A DNA stretch of 64,000 bases from a virus, in IMG/VR virus record IMGVR_UViG_3300008267_000364, positions 5,179 through 69,178 of that record; one strand, given 5' to 3'. The notes below the pieces were generated by a model. It saw only the letters and a program-made list of their open reading frames with translations, ran no database searches and was not told where the DNA came from. The number at the start of each line of letters is the position of its first letter. Position 1 is the first letter of the stretch. This document shows positions 60,601 through 64,000 of this stretch, piece by piece. The translations under genes and the position numbers were made by a program.

Positions 60601-63600
60601 CTTGTATAGGTTTTAATGCAAAGAATATTTCACTGTTAAAATCTTTAACAATGTTTTTAATCTCTTCATTAATTTTAACTTTTCTTTCTTTATCAGCAGT
60701 AGCTAATTCTTCAATTAAAGCTTGAATCTTAGTAGTAGTTTCAGTAAATACTTGTTGAGCATTTTGATGAACAGCATTTCTAGCTTTAACTATTTGTTCA
60801 ACACCATCAGGTAAAGTTACCCTTAAATGTAATCCTTTTTTAATATCTTCAATAGCTTCTGAATTACTAACACCTTTAGATTCTACAAGACCATCAGCAT
60901 CTTCTTCTAGTACGAACTCTTCAGCAATATTTGTTTCATTATCACCATAGAATAATTTTAAAGTAGAACCTTGTGGTAAATCTAATTTATCTGCAGTAAC
61001 ACCAATTTCATTATTAATTGTAGTATTTAAATAACGAGTAAGGTTAAAATCTATTACACCTCTTTGAACTAAAGCATTAATAGAATCAATGTCTTTAGGA
61101 TTACCTTCAGCATCATAAAATAAATTAATTACTTTTTGGAAAGAATCTTTATTTGTATCAATACCTTCAGCAAAATGTTGAATTGTAGATATTGGATAAA
61201 GTTGACCATCAGGACCTATTAAATTCAACATTACATTATTACCTTGTTGAGTAAAATATACTGCTTCTTTTAAAGATACATTATTACCAATAATATAATT
61301 TAACAACTGTTGAATTTTTTCAAAAGGTGTCAAGTTGTAATCTTTTCTAAAATCACCAACAACTTTACCATTTTTTTGAATAGCACTATCACTATTCTCA
61401 GGTTTAGTCATTAATACATTTTGATGAGGTGTTACAGAAGATTCAGTTTCTTGAGATTCAGTTTCTTGAACAACTTCTCTTTTTACTTCACCACCAATAG
61501 TAGAAGCTTCACCAAAGGCTTCTTGTTCAAACATTTCACTTTGTATTTCTTCAGGAGTCTTTTCAGTAACAACTTCTTTTTGAGTTTGTACAGGAGTAGA
61601 TTTAGTAGACCATTCTGCAAAAATATTACCAGCTTGTTCTTCAGAAATTTGACCTTGATTAATAGCATCTTGTAATCTTTGAGTCAATTCTTCTTGTGTA
61701 GTATTTTGATCAAACCATTGAGACTTAACTTCTTGAGTAGGAGTAACTGGTGTAACTACTTGAGTTTTAGCAGGTTGAACAGGTTCAATAGGTTGAACAG
61801 GTTCAACAACTTCAGATACAGGAGCTTGTTTAACAGCTTCTTCTTCTTTAGCATCAATCTGTTCTTTTTGATTAGCAATATCTGCATATTTACTCCATAA
61901 AGATTCAGATTTTTGTAAGAACTCATTTTGTAATTGAGGATTTTTTAATGCATTATAAGCTAATACAAAATCTCTTTCTCTATTAGTTAATTTAGATAAA
62001 TCATCTAATTTTTTAATTATTTCATCTTTAGTTAACTCATTAACTTTTTGATCTGATTTTAAAAATTTTTTAAAATTTTCTTGTTCTTGATTAGATAAAT
62101 TAGCATAAGTAGTTCCAAATGTTTCTGGAGTAGAAGTTATAAATGTACTTAATACTTCTTCACTAGGTACAGCTCTTGTAATTAACTCTCTTAATAAAGG
62201 TTGACCAATAGAATTACTAACTTCAACACCTAAAGACTTTCTTCTTTCTTTAGTATTTTCCATACCTTGAGCAGAATACATTAATAATTCTTTTACTTCA
62301 GGATTAGCATTAGGAAATAATTTAGTTACTGAATTATAAGTATCTTCAATAGCTGCAATCTTTTCTAATCTTGATTCAACAAAATCTCTTACAGCATTTG
62401 TAGAAGTTAATTCATCTATTTTAGATTTATTTTTAACAGTAACATCAATACCATAGTTAGTTTTTAGTTCTTCAACAGTTAAATCTTTAAAAGAATCTAA
62501 CTCTTTTTTAACATCATCTAATTTACCATTTTGCAATCTGTTATAAACATATGAAAATATCATATCTTCATTAGCATTATGATAATTAAAATCATCATTA
62601 TTAATTAATGCTTCATCCTTATCTTCAGTTAAATTTGCAGATCTTACATAATTATCTACAAACTTTTTTCTAACAACTTCAGCATTATATTTATTTAATT
62701 CTTCAACTCCTTTAGCTACAATAGCATCTTCAGGATTAGTAATATATTCATCCTTAAAGCCTTTAGGTCCTCTACCAACTAATACCATACCTGGACTAGC
62801 AATACCTGCTGACAATGCTCCAATAATACCTGAATGCCACCCTTCTTGAGTTCCATAAGCTTCAGCTAATCCATGAGTCATTGAATCTGCAAAATCAGAA
62901 GCATAAGGATTATAATATTTTTTAGTATAATAATCTTCTACTGTTTTACCAATAGCAAACTGTAATTGTTCTTGAGTTCCTTCAGAAAGTAATGGAGTAC
63001 CAAACTTACTTGCTCTGTAACCTAAGTTAGCATATTTACCTTTTTCAGCAATCTTATAAGCACCAGTAGCTTCATCTAATATAGAACCTTCTTTAACAAT
63101 TTTAGCAAAGTCATTTGTTTTATTTCCAAATAAAGCTTTACCAAATGTTAACCAGTTATCAGCCATAATTACAGGTAGGTTCATTGCAAATGCTGCATCA
63201 CCTGCCTGTCTAGCCATCATCTTAGCATATTCTAATTCTCCTTCTGATAAGTTTAATTCATTACCAAAATAATCATGCGTTAATTTATATAAAACATTTT
63301 TTTCAGCTTCTCTAGCTTCAGCACCAGATTCACCTTGAGCACCAGCTCCTGAAATGATACCTCTTTTTAAACCATCTTTAATATCTTTCTTAAAAGCTTG
63401 ATCAGCAACATATTTTAATTTATCAGATGCTGCACCTATTCCTACATTTTTAGTTTCAGCTAATATTGCAGCAGCTTCTTCAACAGTTCCTGCAGCTCCC
63501 ATAGCTTTACCTAATAAAGATAAACCTTTACTCCAAGCTCCACCTGCTAAACCAGCACCAATAGTTGTACCAGCACCACCTAAAATATCTCTTGATATAG

Positions 63601-64000
63601 TATTAAATGACCAAAGTTTTCCTAAACCTGTAGCATTAGCTTCAGCTTTAGTTTCGTAAGTAGGAAAGTTTTCTTCAGTAGCTTTAGCAAATTTATCTAA
63701 AGCTTGATTTAAAGCATTATTATAATAAGCATTAGCACTTGGATCCCATTCACCTTTAGCATTAGTATTAGTTAATGCAGCAATAGTTCCATAAAAAGGA
63801 TTAATAATACCTTCAGCAGCAGTAGTTAAAGCCTTACCTCCCATGTTAAGTAAACCATTACCTAGTTTATCTAACTTAGTTTGTCTTTCACCACGAAGAT
63901 ATTTATAATCTCCTGATTCTACCATTGAAACAGGAGTATTTACATCATACTGAGATTCACCAAAATCTACATTTTGTTTATTACCTATAAATTCAGATTT
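51680..64000 (-). CDS. Giant virion-packaged RNA polymerase (crAss-like), 5' end outside the window
   Basis: Over 4081 aa; GYRIPT and LSGADFDIDS catalytic motifs; HEAFH zincin-like motif; frame open to position 64000. Confidence 0.9.
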   Translation of the reverse strand, partial: KSEFIGNKQNVDFGESQYDVNTPVSMVESGDYKYLRGERQTKLDKLGNGLLNMGGKALTTAAEGIINPFYGTIAALTNTNAKGEWDPSANAYYNNALNQALDKFAKATEENFPTYETKAEANATGLGKLWSFNTISRDILGGAGTTIGAGLAGGAWSKGLSLLGKAMGAAGTVEEAAAILAETKNVGIGAASDKLKYVADQAFKKDIKDGLKRGIISGAGAQGESGAEAREAEKNVLYKLTHDYFGNELNLSEGELEYAKMMARQAGDAAFAMNLPVIMADNWLTFGKALFGNKTNDFAKIVKEGSILDEATGAYKIAEKGKYANLGYRASKFGTPLLSEGTQEQLQFAIGKTVEDYYTKKYYNPYASDFADSMTHGLAEAYGTQEGWHSGIIGALSAGIASPGMVLVGRGPKGFKDEYITNPEDAIVAKGVEELNKYNAEVVRKKFVDNYVRSANLTEDKDEALINNDDFNYHNANEDMIFSYVYNRLQNGKLDDVKKELDSFKDLTVEELKTNYGIDVTVKNKSKIDELTSTNAVRDFVESRLEKIAAIEDTYNSVTKLFPNANPEVKELLMYSAQGMENTKERRKSLGVEVSNSIGQPLLRELITRAVPSEEVLSTFITSTPETFGTTYANLSNQEQENFKKFLKSDQKVNELTKDEIIKKLDDLSKLTNRERDFVLAYNALKNPQLQNEFLQKSESLWSKYADIANQKEQIDAKEEEAVKQAPVSEVVEPVQPIEPVQPAKTQVVTPVTPTQEVKSQWFDQNTTQEELTQRLQDAINQGQISEEQAGNIFAEWSTKSTPVQTQKEVVTEKTPEEIQSEMFEQEAFGEASTIGGEVKREVVQETESQETESSVTPHQNVLMTKPENSDSAIQKNGKVVGDFRKDYNLTPFEKIQQLLNYIIGNNVSLKEAVYFTQQGNNVMLNLIGPDGQLYPISTIQHFAEGIDTNKDSFQKVINLFYDAEGNPKDIDSINALVQRGVIDFNLTRYLNTTINNEIGVTADKLDLPQGSTLKLFYGDNETNIAEEFVLEEDADGLVESKGVSNSEAIEDIKKGLHLRVTLPDGVEQIVKARNAVHQNAQQVFTETTTKIQALIEELATADKERKVKINEEIKNIVKDFNSEIFFALKPIQGEQRALTLNYNSAKKQLYLKLQVKQGKGTKFKSVAIVSKADPTKKLGAEINVKDFTVENLVKVLNASNINGDTGAFTERDIKYNKFIDEDNKVNLSNIGTSISKEGFLKHGIQIGIAEGVEPESVVAETKPAPSTPVSTDAKATDLGFSNLSNIGNQGLAIMEADINKSGKHVTFNISRATPEQRQKINSDIEELKKKYPEKNIVSRIESNNLIVEVAPTDTQTTTDTQVELEKWIDEQDVNVNSLQLLIKLFAKKNIDKYTAYQIIQNISRTTKNQGSKVVHVLKTFWDERESRMSKSEKNILQKYDDELAALESKPVEETPSAEVTNNEKILSELNKDLKDATSNPDLVLTKYAELVKDITNEFDKLDKIKDYLNNEIDTLTSNDEDIVFSSSLEESTGITKEEIESIRKILPRFISIEDIKIIASNLKIKGIPYGAFKNKVIYLNTFKGKPGTAYHEAFHAVFRTMLNNEQIDFYLTKAAEEFVKSGKNIKEEIEKLKDTVSGYASKTNEELVSIVLEEYLADKFSDYAKDKNTKTSSNILKRLFFKVVNFFKEIFNTDRNEPISILFSNILKGSFVNSNPVNNVYSNNYDTVFKLLPNKKNAIANGFFTASESRKIINSFAIQVYNAKKGKYSDNPELYNSVEVDGKVTKEVKPTEELIEYFINKRVEDLNTKGKAYASAQYETDKVLGSNLQNKIKEELYLYDPTSVNSSDIKAKEVLVSSILDKLNVFSFKNKVDEIEENEAGGMEALEVKEKLGSQDAWLSGGHDSLSQAIKSYIAFTTVTETDILTGEEREVAVDEVTLYNGLTRILADTSEDKMISKIHYAAESNPNIKAFYEQILKDLGVTFDVETKTITVPTNANAYNTFRAFLTNFKKSRIAQLDVLLDQKTGKLTWVNANSNSPGNVSLNLWATNLQNRLTYGKATGKSLAKNCSNIFNLSGNVINVKKLDKNKLNDNVNNIKSQFDAIGIPLTKAYIRYSLLKQKASLEKVAQTKEFFTEDQLGILASYDNYVPIDFTIFSNKAIGEGFSLADIFEKDPYNVYRGKEADSSLKSMAENNALFDETIGNFSFTNAEGQKVYEIINNSYVISRLSVYKNDAFWKNMFSKNPVTTTDVERRNLEFVKENYLVKNHRDLLKNLKLNILSGLRDTTVSDKGETKQGITFGGFDGRSYLLSALSLFNNNGKSDTGRYIFRQNEASNTAYAVELPKVDIFTEEGRDVKDSFFDKQVEKEYNRILREKKLFDNNEGRKYKGYNDSVKGRAFDFTEFQYLQETMSTNKEFAKQQYDSLVNSALSGVPYSELSPSLKESVKIGINTYLDKGLQEFKAEVDKYNLRFFLDKDLKTDNNLAQFYINDYMMALSMNELLDGDYSIQRKDKVDISKRNKSAMASGPDYGKGAHNSAIIKDIDLYTTVKPVGDKIQRVDPKDVQVKKDDQGKKLYDYTVIDGTEYKVSKYTSNDAMSYSSQYHIMMGTLRLGRLDEKTKSIYKNIIQFTKRDEEGRVIRNVNIGNSSQEHLAGIMASLNSKKTIVFDGLNGQLLKMSELGLIRSSISYIEDKDVDYFTSLTDTLTELIFADDFESQEYRDTVRKLADLYKPIKGMEYWHELANNMDRNEVDHVATESASKGATLIPENSLSGDLDLSKSRFAVSNANKRLQVETPTGKKEIVFGSQILTLIASEQNDNEELVINGEKTTVGALRKKYNDAIAGSRSEAFKKAIAVIKDIKGNNLTSDSTYKGSIDKSGLDDIVKRALASSGADEQTMQYFEGGYNYNMVQMLVKAEQVVLSHFSKGGFSQKVNGDKVSLASSAGLKPVVTDSTGNIISHHQLVKNPELYSGKEYSTRELGYNLEDEDGNKYSECMLSQAILTRHGLKIGDTITPQMTEVLKMLGYRIPTGDKQSAMSLKVVSLLPDYYQGIGLFPSEIVHLSGADFDIDSEFIQMAYFWYKKDAPTVPIKFGTEKTNEDKFEAYKFYNLNYNKDFIRNYNDELNKSTAYQQVLKDKNLEKDFKNKFLNELRNEIYEDVSKSLGLPSNVEEFIKSKIKTGAELNNEALDSMIPMLTNKGMVEIANNTTSTDALKDLVDKLTDEGFIKEVSNNTTSKKFKSAHDVNGKFDANTKNSEGKNGIGIAANKIQQFAFLMSKVGEKVVTFNKDAFKFEIAEEVGGTYKAKNSEDQRIADNLNILLNVFTDNAKDPIAAKLNIKFELLGGVTELIMQGMSFENAVKFINIPIIQKYGELLKTTGYAVKDDVENNFTKQSTIIAAIAYIKNLDKPLKQRITKDTMSEVSDLEKNPELKRISTDEINALLKGIDFKADELGVGNTSTSLEVQLQALSQFVKVSGQNDIMSNVNSFLKLNQGLDISFNDLHNGLHKAIDTFELNALFNTPKKETSSPDKVKAHIDIEELLKDDANTFNNIKRALVVENQVGKKIFIEQTDVFKESLNKILHSLNTSFTNIGDNYSKLSKEFLGYISVRSYLENLENLKTKEPLNSPKRKLIEQRINSIDLGLVFQELNGPEKDTLARQLDKLKINPTTKDNYIVRYLTTAIANDGSSKEEQDSEVQNTSKNATDYIVSKSFVKESNETISQLIDAVKSLYYNNDVIDETTGLTPRAFVSNMLSYLMVKDNMLFKNNSISKFLPVEMFGNYSKLLDDITEGLVNKESMNMDKFEQLAYNFRKLYVTDKNTSFAAVKYNSVENDGKVVNIAEDGTIDFKVSSKTRLELFIKQKELSNAQARIASERSPELEKELSSEIKVLQERLESEDIATNIKVLSNIFKTEEVTGEDAKNITYIDKKSGETKTVAQFKFPQFRRFKVGKETKVYELKKVLSRIPSYGNGTLQDHKTELGFAIGEQAIYEPLNFTGYKGVSVYFPGTYEKAVKEFSKIKEVSPKADPDDIMSVKKTKSVQQSVQPSTEQFVEPSEDLIQKLEAQALALESLEANGSAFEAFENLPEVPVLPSGNDLFSQMQKDL

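Noticed and set aside
1-64000. Stop-codon reassignment (TAG or TGA), known in some crAss-like phages
   Set aside because: Long core genes are intact in the standard code; the breaks seen are frame changes, not in-frame stops; no convincing suppressor tRNA.

Overview
AT-rich 64 kb segment of a lytic crAss-like (Crassvirales-type) phage of a Bacteroidota host, read in the standard genetic code; the host is inferred from TTTG-N20-TAnnTTTG promoters. Layout: (1) minus-strand virion/packaging module at 1-19.3 kb, with tail fibres, ring and cargo proteins, major capsid protein, scaffold, ferritin, portal, TerL and an HU/IHF-like gene; (2) a strand switch at about 19.4 kb, then a plus-strand early/accessory region with small ORFs, structured intergenic RNAs, broken splB-like and thyX genes, a tmRNA and three aberrant tRNA-like genes; (3) a plus-strand replication module at 28.8-47.9 kb, with PolB, SF2 and DnaB helicases, an AAA ATPase, primase, nucleases and nucleotide-pool enzymes; (4) a convergent minus-strand giant virion RNA polymerase (DFDID motif, over 4081 aa, runs off the window) and downstream ejection-type genes. 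Best novelty candidates: a phage-encoded ubiquitin-like conjugation operon (Ubl, E2, JAB, E1) inside the replication module; tRNA-scaffolded RNAs whose anticodon region is replaced by larger domains; stem-loops whose loops are antisense to translation starts; a promoter-driven pseudoknotted ncRNA of about 300 nt; and a tmRNA with a 33-residue tag. All family assignments come from motif recognition by eye; no searches were run.
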